DNA of 64,000 bases from NCBI GenBank assembly GCA_050575255.1, contig JBNZDD010013730.1, forward strand, positions 3,671,538-3,735,537, in the 5' to 3' direction. The translations under genes and the position numbers were made by a program. Of this stretch, positions 13,906 to 27,142 are shown piece by piece. Each line of letters begins with the position of its first letter. Position 1 is the first letter of the stretch. The DNA comes from Harriotta raleighana. Lineage: Eukaryota. A model generated the notes under the pieces. That model was not told where the DNA came from. It worked only from the letters and a program-made list of their open reading frames with translations, and ran no database searches.

Positions 13906-14591
13906 TCTGCCACATAGACATCATAGTGCTTAATTCCTTTGATAATAATAATACTCACATCTGATGCAGCAAGTTATCACATTATCACGATGTCTCACAG
14001 AATTTCGGCAGATATAGTGTAAAGTGGTGTGACTGTGTGTAATTCGTGGGAAAATACCCATAACTGATCCTAATTAAATTCATATAAATCTGCAAACATA
14101 TCACAACAATTCTTACAATCAGGTATACTGTATCGTTTGTTACTATTTCTGTTCATGTTATGTGATATATAAAGAACCCGAGTTTGATGGTGTCTCAGTC
14201 ACAAAATGCAGGTGTTCAAATGTTATTAAAGTCTAACTTGCCCCATTTGTTTTGCATCCATGATCTCTCACCCGTAGTTGATATGGCTTACTGTAGGGAA
14301 GCATAGAGAGGAACTCAGGCAATTCATATTGACATTGTGCGGTTGCCCCCAATAGGTTGGTTTAAAGCAGCAATGTCAGGAGCCTTCCTTACACCCTCTG
14401 AGCTCAGAGTAGCAATGAAAAGGTGAGAAAATAATCCTGAGGGTAGGGGGGGGAAGAGGGGTAACACCATGTTATTTAGTACATTATGCAATTTTCAATA
14501 GTCATACTTAGTTCTTGGATTGAGATATTAAACTGAGATCTTGTGTGCCTGTTCTGGGAGTATTGTTGGACACTAAATCGCATAGGCACAG

Positions 14592-14930
14592 AGTGGGTTC
14601 AAGCCCTGCACCAGGCACCTAGCTCCTAATTTTCTAGGCCTTTGCTACAATACCGCATTGAGGAAAACATTACAATTTTAGAGTTGCCCTCGCGTGAATA
14701 AGGTTTTTCTATTTGCCCAAATGCGTTCTGAGATGCCATCCGGAATGAAGGGCGCTAGATAAATGCAAGTTGTTGTTGTACTGGTGCTCAACGGAGGATG
14801 ATGATCCCATCGCACTATTCTGAAGAGTCAAAGGTCTCTCGCTGTAAGTGTTGGTCAAATTTTCTCCCTCAAACAAATTGGTCCCGAAATGATCAGTCAT
14901 TTTCTCACCATTGTCTGAGATATTGCTGCA
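14592..14930 (+). mobile_element. Old SacSINE/AmnSINE-like relic interrupted by a short L2 tail (14720-14779)
   Basis: gtgggttcaagccc...gatcccatcgcactattctgaagag...tggtcaaattttctccctcaaacaa. Confidence 0.55.
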
Positions 14931-15129
14931 TCTTGTTGTTGTTGTTGTTGTTGCATGGGTTACAAGGAGAAAACCTTAAAACACACCTGTCTTAAGGACA
15001 CCATCAAATCCATGGCTGCATATTTGTTAGTTTTGAGTATCAAGGAATATGATGCAACAACAACAAAATTACATTTATAGAGCGCCTTTCACCTTGAGAG
15101 GATGTCCCAAGGTGCTATGGAGGCAAGGG

Positions 15130-15220
15130 TGGGTAATTGAATTTATGATACAGATCAGCCATGATCTTAGAAAATGACGAACCAGGCTCGAAGGGCTGAA
15201 CAGTCTTCTTCTGTTTCTAT
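15130..15220 (+). mobile_element. CR1-type 3' tail fragment
   Basis: agatcagccatgatct...aggctcgaagggctgaa..cttcttctgtttcta. Confidence 0.6.
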
Positions 15221-17289
15221 CAGCGTGGTAAGAGTTAATGATCGGAAAGGGTTGACATCAGCTGGCTTCAGTGTGTACAATGCCAACGTGAGTGCAGTTG
15301 AGCAGAATGCTGTTTTTTTTAGAAAGTCTTTTTTTTGGGTGGGGGGTGGGCAGAGGCGGGGGAGAGAAGATAGATTTTACATTGTGAAACACAGTACAAG
15401 ATCCCCCTTCTCTAAGGCAGCTTTCCCAACACAGTGACATGCTTAGCTTGTTTGGTGCTGCCCTTTTGGCACAGGTTTCGTTCCTGAGAGGATCCTGCAT
15501 CAACACCAGACGTACAGTATTAAAGCAGCAGAACTCACAATGCCTATGTCAACTGATTTTCTGGGCTGTCCGCCTAATTGTTCTAATTTTATCATTTGTA
15601 GTGGCAGAAGCAGATGAACTGAGCTGCAGTCTCAGAATGCAAGGCTGCTTCTGAAGTGGCAGTACAGGAAATAGTCAGTAGGCTAAGCAACAGGATTAGG
15701 TTCAAATCAAATCGATTTCCCCATGTACACAGAGACACCCGGTGATGATGGAAAACATTCATCCGAGCAGTGAGCTGATTGTAGTCATTTATTAGACATC
15801 AGACAAAGCGGTTCTTCTCTTTGTTATAAATTGTGTTTATGTTTAAGTTCTTAATACCATTGAAGAATAGACAGTGAGTAATTAGTCTTTTGTGGGTATT
15901 ATTGAATTTTGAAGAACAAAGACTTGCAAAAGAGATGCATGGAAAGCCTGGGTGAACGTGGATTTATCTGATGTCACCAGTTGTGGCCTTGGAGATCGAT
16001 TGTCACTGGGATTGGAGATTTGATCCAAATTTCTGGATTAATATATATTCTGAGATTTGTTGACATTTGGCAATGAATCTAATGGGTGCTTGATATGAGT
16101 CAACAAACTAAGTGATACATAAAAAGAACACAGATAAGTGAATAATTCACTTGGGAAGTTTGCATTTGATGGTTTGTGTCCCACTTCCTGATGGATTAGC
16201 ATTTGGCTCTTACCAGAAATACTGACACAAATTTAAATTAAACCAGATTCAATGCATCCAAGGGCAGCAATAACCTAGAACATGATTAAAACTTTCAAAA
16301 AACAATGCCAACAGTATCCCATACAACAGTCTTGGTGAACATTTGTCACATGCTCAAAGTGTTACCTCAAAATAGTTTGAGTAGCATTTGAGAGGCAGCC
16401 AGGCCTGCATCATTAATGTAACTAGCGGACAACTGCACGCAAAACACAGTCTAGCATATGGTACCTTGTGTTACTGGTGACATAATTTGTTTGTTTCTAC
16501 CCTGTTCGTTCATATGTGTAACTGGTGTTCACTCTGTACATTTCAAACTCCTATAAGCCACCAGTCCTTGATTTATATTCTCTATATTTTCAAAAATACA
16601 ATCTAGTTGACAATTCATCTTCAACAGCTTCATGTAAACAGAGCCAATACAACTGGAGCCTATTAGGGACATATTATGCTACGTTATTATTATTTTTGTT
16701 ACAATAGGTTGGTGTTATATTCCAAAAATACACCCTCAAATTACCACAGAATTGCCAGAGTTCTAGAATCCAGAATAGACGATCATCACAATTTTCATGA
16801 AGGTATTTTAATTGTTTTAAATTGCCTATTTCTGGTTGAAATATAACATGTAGAGTAGAATCGAGATGAACAGAAAAGCAGTATTCAACGGAAAATTGTT
16901 CCTGTGTACAAACAAACAGCTTAGTTTATAGCCTCAGTGTTTATTCAGCATTCAGGAGTCGTTTATTGCCTTATACACTCTGGGATTCCTATGTTTATCA
17001 CTTCATTATATGATTATGATGATTAACTTGCAGACTTGCATTATTAAAACGTATTTGTTTTGCTGCAGATTCTCACATTAGCAACTATTTTGTCCCTCTT
17101 TTAAAGCTTGGTGCTGCTGTCTTCTCTGCAATACTTCTTGCTCTAGATAGGGACCAAAAATGCAAAAGATACCTCTTCGTCAAAACCAGTTCAACAACAA
17201 CAACTTGGATTTATAAAGTGCCCTCCATGCCGGACGGCATCTCAGAGCGCTTAAAGTCCCACCTTTTCATGGTCAGATTATTTCTTTGC

Positions 17290-17660
17290 CTATCATCCCA
17301 GTCCTCGCCAGCTTCCTGTCTCCCGGCAGATCAATATCAGGATCTGACCTTCAAGTACAAGTTCTTTCACAACCTAACAACTCCTTACCTCTGAGGTTTT
17401 CTTCCACTCACTCCTCCGCTCTCTTCCCGCCCAAAAGCAAACTCAGGTTCGCTAAGCATTCATTGCCTCTCTGGCCACTATCACTGGCCAAGCAATTAGA
17501 TGCATTGCCTCTGCCCTCTGGAATTCTTAATCTCCAAGTCATATCTTCAAACCTACCTTTTCAGTCAGGCCTAGGGCCACTTATTTCCGATCCTCTCTCC
17601 CTTGCTTGGCATCCAACCCCTAGGTGAAGCGAATTATACGGACGCAAGTTGTTGTTGTTA
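17290..17660 (+). mobile_element. Degraded L2 3' fragment
   Basis: C-rich, with ctctggaattc...caaacctaccttttc and a tail ending gcaagttgttgttgtt. Confidence 0.6.
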
Positions 17661-18063
17661 AATCGCATCTGTTGTTACACTATTTATTCGTCTATGTTTG
17701 GTTGGGAACTGGCCAAATCTATCCAGTAATAGAAGAGTGACCTTGTCAGCGGAGAGCAACTCTTTACCATTACAGCCACTGGGTTTCTGTAATGAATGAG
17801 ACTTTTAGAAAAAATTAATTTGTCTTCCAGTAAATTTAAAAAATACGAAAACTATACCCCTGAGTAAATTTTACACAGTGAACCCAGGTCATTCACTTTT
17901 CCCAGCTGCTCAGCTCTTCACAATGTCCTGGAGGTTCTCATTATAGAGCTTTGGTTTGACCAGAATATTGGGAATGATTATTTTCGGTATCATTTGCATT
18001 CACTGTTTCCTATGCAACATGGTTCTAACATTTTGCTGCATTTTTAACTTTGCTATATCTTAG

Positions 18064-18181
18064 GGAGTAAGAAGAAAGCCAAATTGACTGGCGTCATTAT
18101 TCCATCATCTGAAAAGGCACTCGATCGAGTTACAATCCCTGGAGGAATGGAAGGAGTGCAGGTCACTTTAACACGTACCAG
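18064..18181 (+). CDS. Candidate internal coding exon, product unknown
   Basis: Acceptor tttttaactttgctatatcttag|G and donor CAG|gtaaat enclose the open frame (G)SKKKAKLTGVIIPSSEKALDRVTIPGGMEGVQVTLTRT. No homology recognised. Confidence 0.4.
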
Positions 18182-19564
18182 GTAAATGCACAAATGAGTC
18201 AATCATATGAGTCATAATTAAAACGGAGTCTGCTAAGCTTCATAACTTCATTGGTTAATGTTAGCATATTTTTGTGTTATCTCGTATAAATATAACACGA
18301 TGAACGTTTCTACTTTGTAGCTAATTGATCCCCTGTACCACCTTCCCAAGCACAGATTTTATTTTCCGTTCTATTCTATTCCTAAACAGAATAACAAGTA
18401 AGCTTGGTGGCAAGAAAAAACTAAGTGATCGGATCTCAAATCTGCCAATTTAATAATACTTCTGGAAGTAATAAAGAACTGTTTCTGATTGATGACGTAT
18501 AATAATAACAACAATAACAACTTGCATTTATATAGCGCCTCTCAGGCAGGGTAGCATCCCAGAGCGCTTATTACAATCCACAATAAGCATATAGTACATC
18601 ATTCTGAGATTATTAAGAAAAATAGACAGACCAATAACTCATAAAACTCTATAGGTGCAAGTGGGTTTAAGTTGTTAAAAAAAAAGTGATTTTCACAAAT
18701 TGCAATAATCCCTTTATTCTATCCGCATTGCTCCATTGAGTCTAAAGTAATTGTACAACATAGCATATGCTGTAGACTATCAAAGGCTGCTTCAAACATG
18801 TGTAATACAGAGTATTATGAACTAGTCCCCATGAATAATTGACCTATTGTTAACTGGTGAATTTCAGCATGAAACTGACTGTTCAATGAGGTTCAACAAT
18901 TTTAACAATTGGTCGAATACCAAGGTTACGTCTACATGGGAGAACACAGCAACGGAAAAGGCTATTTATGTCCATCTGACCAGTCCCCAATTAAATAATC
19001 CTACACTGTTCTTTCTCTGACACCATTAAACCAATCTGTTTTGCCAAACAACCATCTTATTCAGTTTTGAATTTCACTAACATAATCTGCTCGCTTGAGT
19101 AGTCTATTCCACATTTTCACCACTCTCTGAGGAAAGTAATTAAATCTGAATAGGGTAGTTCTCGGTATTTTATCTCTTTTCTCAGATAGTTCTAACTTTT
19201 AAGTGTTGCTTTGATCTGATTTTGAAATGACTGATTAAAGTCAAATAGTTTACTCAGGCCTGTGATCTGTCACTCTCAGATCTCTGAGCTACTGTTGACG
19301 AGAGATGAATAAGTAAACTAGGATTTAAGCTATCACCTGAAATTCAAATACACCTTCATAACCCCTACATTTATAATATTTATTTGTGAAGCGGACTTTG
19401 TACATATGACATGTGTAGTTATAACAGAAGCAATCAATATTTATGGTGGATATTCTAGTTGTTACTGTGGGAATTGCAGGTTGCTCAGATTGTGCATAAT
19501 CACCAAATCAAATACTTACAAGACTGCCAATTAAATGTGCAGTTTCCTGGAACATTTCACTTAC

Positions 19565-19933
19565 TTGCATTAGACTCAATTTATCTGAATGTAGCGCAAA
19601 ATGGCCATCCACCACTCTTCCTTATGCCCAAGCAGAGAGGCCGCAGAAGGAGTTTTGCTTCTGCTGATATGATTTTATCGGCTTCTGCCATTTGTACAGC
19701 TGCCTATTGTTTTGTCCTTCTACGCCGCAGTCAGTGGTGAGACCACTTCAAAGACGTTTGGGTTGGTGAAAGGGTTAATGCATTTGAAGTTAATTTTCAC
19801 TGCTCTGCTTTCCAATTGGAAGCAACTCCGTTAAACAACCAACTGTTCACCCCAGTGTTAAATCTTTCCATCAATGTTTGAGATTCCCCAGATTCACAAG
19901 CTATAGCCTGAGCAGGATCAAGTATTTGCATAT
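19565..19933 (-). pseudogene. Putative decayed Ig (I-set-like) domain exon
   Basis: Acceptor ttggcag|, donor |GTAAGT, 369 bp, phase 1-1. Translation includes DPAQAIACESGESQTL, SWLFNG, LTLSP and IISAEAKLL, with SG...CGVE in an adjacent frame. There are 4 in-frame stops. Confidence 0.35.
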
Positions 19934-20989
19934 CTGCCAAGTATATACACAAAGTAGTTCAGCTTTTCAATAAAGTTAGCTCTTTGTTGTTCAGATAATT
20001 ATTCTGAGATGCTAAGACAGAAGTCTTACGTTTTCATGCCTTCCAAGCCCCTGCAGCTCATCATGGCAGCGTTAAAATCCACAAGTTAAAATTACGAGTT
20101 ACCAACAAACTCATTTCACATAAGAGAATTGTCAAAATGCAATAACTCTAATAGCAAACACCCTGTTCTACTCAAGTAGGTTCGGGCGCGTTTTAATTAA
20201 GAAAATGTTTTAGAATCACTGAATGAAATATGAACTTGATGGAAAACAGTGCAAAGGTATGTAAAAAGATGTTAATTAGAATATGAAGGATTCTAAATCG
20301 TGATTATTGTAAACAATATTACTCATAGAGTCACCTCTCTTCAAAGTGAGTGGATACATTTGCATGAATAAGTAGATCTAAAACAGTGGAGACTAAAAAC
20401 AAAGGGGCTGCTACTAATATTAGAAGGGAATGCAAATCCATGACTGTATGTCAGCATTGCTTATCGAGTGGTAGAAGCATAAATGATTTCTTCTCATATT
20501 AAATTGGTTGGAACACTGCTACTGTTGCCTACATAGTGAAGAAACGGAAATTAAATGTATTTCATCCCATTTGGTAGCAGTGCCTCCTGAGTTACGCCGG
20601 AGATTAGAACCCAAGATACCAGAGTTATTAATCTGCTCTGGTAAAATTCACCTGTTTTGCAGTTATTTTATTCTTTTACTTTGCAGCAAAGCAATGTCAG
20701 ATTTAGGAAGTGTGTCTTGCGTTTATTTTTGTTCTACACAAATAGTAGAATCAACCCTGCTACACTTGCTGAACACTGTTTCCTATGAGCAGAAGCATGT
20801 AAGTGAGTGTGTGCTCCTGCTATACTAGCTTAGAAGAAGCAGATACTATTCTGCAATGAATTCCTCCACCGCTGAGTTAGTATAGGCTAAAGAAATGTGA
20901 CGCAATGTCCTATCTAATAAAGATGATCTACTTAGAGACTATGCATCTATATATAGTATATACATTTATATATGTATACACATCGTCAA

Positions 20990-21843
20990 CAACAACGTCA
21001 AGAAGACGGAGACCCTCCGTCAGCGCTTCCGCACCTCAGATGCTGACAACATCAGCATTCAGGGCTGCTCTCTCCACCTCTCGAAACCAGTCAGGAATCT
21101 GGATGTCTTGTTTGACCCCGAATTGTCCTACCTCCCTCATATCCGCTCCCTGACCGGTATCGCCTTCCACCAACTCCGCAATATTGCCAGCCTCCGCCAC
21201 TACCTCAACCCCCATGCCATCGAAACCCTCATTCATGTCTTTATCACTTCCAGGCTTGACTATGGGAACTCTCTCCTCGTTGTCCTTCCCAACTCCTCCC
21301 TTCACAGGCTGCAGATCATTCAGAATTCTGCAGCTCGTGTACTCTCCCGCACCAGGCTTTGTGATCACATCACTCCCATCCTCACCCGTCTCCACTGGCT
21401 CCCCATCCCCCAGAGGATCGAATTCAAGATCCTTGTCCTCACTTTCAAGGACATTCATGGCCTTACCCCCGCCTATCTCTCTGACCTGCTGCCTCCCTAC
21501 CAGCCTGCCCGCACCCTCCGTTCAGCAGACTCAGGCCTGCTCCGCATCCACCGCCCCAACTGCCCAACCATCGGTGGCCGGACTTTCAGCCTCTTTGCCC
21601 TGACACTCTGGAACTCCATCCCACAGTCCCTCTGCCTTTCTTTCCTCGCTTTCCTCCTTAAAGGCCAGCCTCAAGACCTTCTTCTTTGCCTCCCCCCTTA
21701 ACTCTTCTCCCTCTCCCACTCTCTTTCCCCCTCTCCTTACCCCCGACTCCACCACCTGCTCGGCTCCCGACCTGACTGTTCAGAGCTTCTGGGACATCCT
21801 CCCGACATGAAAGTTGCTATACAAGTGTAATTTTGTCATTGTT
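20990..21843 (+). mobile_element. L2 (LINE2) retrotransposon, 5'-truncated, ORF2 C-terminus plus 3' UTR
   Basis: ORF 21108-21701 carries the L2 signatures FITSRLDYGNSLL, HITPILTRLHWLPIPQRIEFKILVLTFK and PAYLSDLL..YQPARTLRS. It is followed by a C-rich UTR and a tail ending tgtaattttgtcattgtt. Confidence 0.95.
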
Positions 21844-22532
21844 ATATATACACGATAGTAATACAGTTAAACTGATCGATTATGATCGATAGACATAAAT
21901 ATACATCTTTTTATCCAGATCAATTACTGATCAATTATGTATTATAGCCTCGAAAAACACTTAAGGAATATATTAATAGGCTCATCATTTTACCCACACC
22001 GTTATCCAAATACTCCTTGCCAGAATATATTTGAGGTATCTGTGCACTAATCCATGAAGCACTTTCCTTTAATGTTTTCCTGGATCTAGAGTAAAATTTT
22101 CCATGCATGATGGATTTTTTGCCCTCTGATGGTACTTTCACCATCTAAAATACAGTGCTTTTCGGAAACTTCAGAGTTAATCCAGGAAATTCCTGGAAAT
22201 AGAAGCCTCGGCGATTAAATAATCACTTACAAAGATTTTTTTTTGAAACAGAGTATAAATGGACTGATACCAAACATACAAACCTTCAAATAGTGATCAA
22301 CTCAGGGCCCTTTCTCTTTAATTGGAGGAAAGCAAAGACTTTTCATACCAATGAGAAACGTAGTGTATGACGAATATAATAATAACTCTTTAAACAAATG
22401 GAGTAAAACCATTGCCCTTTGTATATTTAAAATACCAGCACCTTTTTACAGACTTTAGCATATTGAACGAAGAATAGACTAATTCAAATGCAGTTTTGTC
22501 TTGCAGTTGTGTGGCACTTACATGGCATTGCG

Positions 22533-22600
22533 TGAGTCTAATACATTACTATGGTGTCTGCCAATACTGAGTCTAATACGTTAACGTGGTGTCTGCCAAT
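22533..22600 (+). repeat. Two-copy tandem repeat, 35-bp period
   Basis: tgagtctaatac.tta...tggtgtctgccaat occurs twice. Confidence 0.9.
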
Positions 22601-23300
22601 TCCAACAATATTACAGCTATTATACAGCCACACTGTTACAGTGTGTTAATCAAAACGTTTTGTCCATCTTTTGCTTTTCAAAGGATGGTTCTGATCTAAT
22701 TATAATTGGGAATAAATCCAAGGTTCTTTTACATTTCCAATCACAGTATACAAAATATATAAAACATGCCTCTGGTCTCTGTAACACTAAATCAAACTGC
22801 TTGTGGAGCTTATCATGCACTGATTGCTAACAGCAGCAAAGTTTTCCTTGTGCATTTGCCATGGGATTTCCCATCAGTAGACAACAAAAACTTTGTGGAG
22901 TTAGCGAGTCGTGCACAACACCGCCTGTGTTAGAAATTCTAGGTCAAGTTCAATGGATTAAAAAAAACATACAATTCAATGTCAAGCAAGACATTAACAT
23001 AATTTTTGGAACATTCACCCCACAGTACTCGTCACATTGGTGTTGCGATCACCCCAATTCACTGCTATCTTGTAATTCTTTCACTCTGATAGTTATTTTT
23101 CCCAATTAGCTCCATCTTTTTCATACTTTTAATCTGCCTCCAAAACAATCTGATTACTAATTCTCTGCCAAATAGAAAAAAAATGGAAAGCATTCCACAA
23201 ATGTACCACTGAGGTAAGTGTAGAATGCCATTAATTATAGTTGTGAATAAATCAAAGGTTCTTTTACATTTACAATCAGTGTACAAAATATAATTACGTC

Positions 23301-23605
23301 GGTGACCTGTAGCTCAGTGATTAGAGCACTTGCCTGCAAGCGAGAGACCTGGGTTCGATTCAAGACAGACAAAACCTTGGGCAAGCTTTCTTGCTCCACA
23401 TGCCTGATAATAATCCCTCAATAAAAAAAACACAGTAAATTGGTCACTTCAATCCACAACTGTTTGAAGGATACTGCTGTGCACAATTGGCTGTGCTTCA
23501 CTCACAAATATAGTCAATTCCCTTCACAGTATATTCTGTGAAGCACTTTCAGGTGTCTAGAAGACATGAAAAATGCTACATCAAATGCAAGGATTATTAT
23601 TATTA
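23301..23605 (+). mobile_element. Same SINE family, full length
   Basis: tagctcagtgattagagcac...ggttcgattc...tcaaatgcaaggattattatta. Confidence 0.92.
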
Positions 23606-24224
23606 ACATAAGGCGCCATGTTCCAGACCATTTTCTACATTGTGCCTCACTAAAAGTGTAAACTGAGAGTTTTTCAAACAACATTTTACTTAATGCTAGA
23701 AGTCAAGCGTGGTAGACGTGGAACAACCCAAATTTTCAGCATAAGAGAAATGAGGTTAGAAATAGTTTTGTAATCACTTTGAACCTTAAGTCCCAAATCA
23801 TTGTCTTCACTTGATGTGCAATGATGTGGAGAGAAATGCTTTTATTTTCTTTGGGGCACTGTGTTCTTGACATCATGCGTACTTTTTTGTCTCCTGTGAA
23901 GAAATAAGTTCTGTTGACCCAGGAAGCCTCCTTATCTGAACCATAAAAACACTGAAGATGAAAACAAAATCAATTAGCTGGCACCTGGTGAAAGTTACAC
24001 TGAAGTACCTCTGTGGTTGATCCAGACCCACTAATTCATTTTCTATCGTGTGCCGATTGCTCATCTTAGATTTGCACGTGATCAACTTGATTGAAATCAA
24101 GTCAATGCTTGTTTTCATACCATTCACATGTTTTCAATGCTCCCTTTGGTTGCCTCAATTTCAAGGCAATAATTCCATAGTGAGAATAAGTGATCAAGAT
24201 TGGATACAGTATTCTAGATGCAAT

Positions 24225-24350
24225 ACAAAATTACATTTATAAAGCGCCTTTCACATCGGGAGGACATTTTCCAAATGCTGAACGGTCAGGGATTGGCGGT
24301 GGTGGGGAGGATGAGGGATGGGATCAGGGAGGGTGGAAAGCGGAGAGAAT
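24225..24350 (-). mobile_element. L2 3' tail fragment
   Basis: acaaaattacatttataaagcgcctttcacatcgggaggac followed by a G-rich tract. Confidence 0.75.
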
Positions 24351-25559
24351 GGGGTTAGGAGATTGGCCAAAGGTAAGATAAGATAGGATCTGATCAACAT
24401 CATAATTAATAATAGAAAAATGTTTTATTCTAACCTCTGCTGATACTTTGTTTACCTTTATTATTGCTGCAAAGATCTATGTTGGGGAATATAATCATTT
24501 AATCCATAATAATTCTCTTTCCAGATGAGAACACTATATGTTTGTTGTTTTTTTCATTCTTAACTCAAACAATAATTATTCTAACATATCAGCCCAGCTA
24601 CAAAATGAACCAAATCTTCCAGTATCTGACAGCATTCTTCCTCAAGCGGTAAGGGAAGTTGCATTTTACTTTTTTGTTCATTTAAGAAAAGTGGGAGGGA
24701 GTGAGAAAAACACATTGATGGAAGGCATATTGTATTAAAAATGTTGATTGAATTGTATAATTTGGGTCACGTTTACAAGCTTAAAAAAATGGTAAATGGA
24801 AATTGAATTTAGGTTATGGAATGAGCCTAGCTAATACAATTTCTGAAGTAACCTAGGTCCATTAAACATAAGACACAACATAGTTAATGTTAATTGAAAA
24901 CCCGGATGTCCTCCTGTTATTCTGTAGTGCAAACATGTACAGACTACTTCATCTCATACCAAGGTAATCCATTCTTTGAGTGTAGGTTGGAAGGTGAGGG
25001 AGTCATCTCCCCAGTGCTTCGTAATGGTATGTTTCCCTACCATAATTACTGTCAAAGCCAGCTCAAATTTTTGGGGAGGTTAGTGAAGTATCTGAGTTGA
25101 GTCACCTGAAATAATTAGCAGCATGTCTTCAGGGATCTGTAGGTTGACAATATCAGATATAGCCTTAAGACAACCATTCGAGAAAGTATTAATCAAGAGA
25201 CAGGACCATAAAATATGTAACAGCTCCCTTAAACCTTTCTACAGTATTGGTATAAATCCATATTTGTTAAATTTTCTTGTACACAGTACTGTATATTTTA
25301 ACATACACAGCACTCAGTTTGAGATCAGGATTGCTTTACACTGTATAACTTTTCGTGAAAAAAATTCTGATACATTTGTCATGGATACATTGTCCAAGAA
25401 CATTGCACTAATATTGTCGTTGTGATATTCTCTCCCGCCCTGTTGATTTAGGAATCGTCAAGCCAAAACATTTTATGTGGGTAGAGGCCAAATTGATTGA
25501 AGCTTTTTTTATGGTTTAAATCTCAGAGTGAATTTCTCTGCTCATCAAGGTGAAGGATG

Positions 25560-25810
25560 TCAATGCTGTGTAGTGTCAAGCACAGGTCAGGAATAGCACA
25601 ACCAGCTGCAGAATAAAGCTTTGTTTGCCCCAACCTCTGAGGAGTGCCCCTTACTGCACCAGTGGGAATTTCCATACTTCTCAACCTCAGCAATTCTTAC
25701 AGCCTTTCTGAAGAAGATTGACAATTTAGTGACATAGAACCCAACAGACAGAGCTAACGTTCATCCCATTGGCCTGGGCTGGATTCAAATTCAGCTCCAG
25801 AAGTCAAAAT
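25560..25810 (-). mobile_element. LF-SINE-like relic
   Basis: The minus strand reads ttgaatccagcccagg...cactaaattgtcaatct..agaaaggc..aaga...gctttattctg..tgtgctattcctg. Confidence 0.45.
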
Positions 25811-26859
25811 ATTATTTCTGTCTTAAACCAGTTTAACATTTATTTCCTCTCATACATTCTTGGAGGTGGTGGGCTGGGGGGAGAATGTTGATCAACTTCA
25901 AATTTGCAGTATTTGAATCTCAATTTTTTTTAAACCATGATTTTAAAAAATCATGTTTTTTTCTCAAATGCTCTCAAATACTCAAATACTCTGACCTGTT
26001 CAGATTTTTAAAATGGTCTGTTTTCAATGCATCAACTCTGACTATAGTATGGCCAACAAGAATGCTAAAAATTTATTATTTGGGATTTTTCTAACCACCC
26101 AGTTTATAATGTAGTTATCTTTCCTTTCAGCATAGAATTGTTTTGAAAATCTGTGCCAAATGAAAGCTGTGGATTATAGGCCACACACCCTAGTATAATT
26201 AGAGAGATAAACAAATCAGCAATGGAATTGAACGCAATGTTTTTGTTTTTGCAGCTAAAGTAAATTTAAAGGAAACATATTGTGGTAGAACTTTTGAGTA
26301 ACAACCCCTCCCCTAATGTTTTTTTAAAAAGAAAATCCTGATCATAAAGTGATCAACTTCAGGAAGCAAGAATGAACACAGTGATTATTTTATAGTTATA
26401 GGAAGTGCAGTTTACACCACATCTCTTCTGGCATCAAACCATTTCTTACACCTCTTTCCAGTTGGTCCAAATTATTTATCTCCCCGTCCGTCGCAAGCAG
26501 CCAGAGAAAATAATCTTAAACACAAAAGGCCATCCTTGTGAATATGCTTCGGGAACTCTAATGATGAGACAGGACTCTGTGCAAGAGTAGAACTCAAGCG
26601 GTGCTGGATTGGGTAATTGTTAGAATACAGAGAGATTAAAATGGGCAGCCTGCATACTACATGCAGTCTCTCTATGTGACCCTGGGGAGACATGGCCCCG
26701 GGTTGAAAACTATTGCTTTAGGGAAGCATATTCAATAAATTGTTAATTTGGGAGCTGCATGAGTTTTAGCCGTTTGATATGTTGCAGCCTATTTAATTCA
26801 TCATCAATATGGAAGATGATACTTTATATATCATATGGAATTGTTAGTCAAAATCCAAT

Positions 26860-27142
26860 GCAGTATTAGGGGAGTGCTGCCCTTTGGATGAGATGCTAAA
26901 CTGAGTTCTTGTCTGGCTGTGCTGTGTTGCGGGCCATTAAAGATCCTATAACATTGTTTCATTATTTTCCTAGTTTTCTGGCCAACAATCATCTCTAAAT
27001 CATTCGCCAGATGGTGTTTTGCTAAGTGTAAACTGGCTACAAAAGCAGATCCTACAGATTTGCCTACAAAAGCAGTGACACTGCTTGAGAGTTAGTACAA
27101 AGTTTTTTAACGACATTTTAAATTGACATTGAAATGCAAGTT
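26860..27142 (+). mobile_element. Old AmnSINE1/SacSINE-like (Deu) SINE relic
   Basis: gcagtattaggggagtgctgccctttggatgagatgctaaactgag...taaagatccta...ctggccaaca...aaatgcaagtt. Confidence 0.65.

Noticed and set aside
21036-21755. Overlapping ORFs of 140, 139 and 74 aa around the L2
   Set aside because: They are antisense or alternative frames of the C-rich L2 ORF2.
23883-23935. Mini-exon reading KEASWVNRTYFFTGDKK, resembling a hemopexin/MMP repeat
   Set aside because: It is only 17 codons with a weak donor, and no other MMP or hemopexin exons were found.
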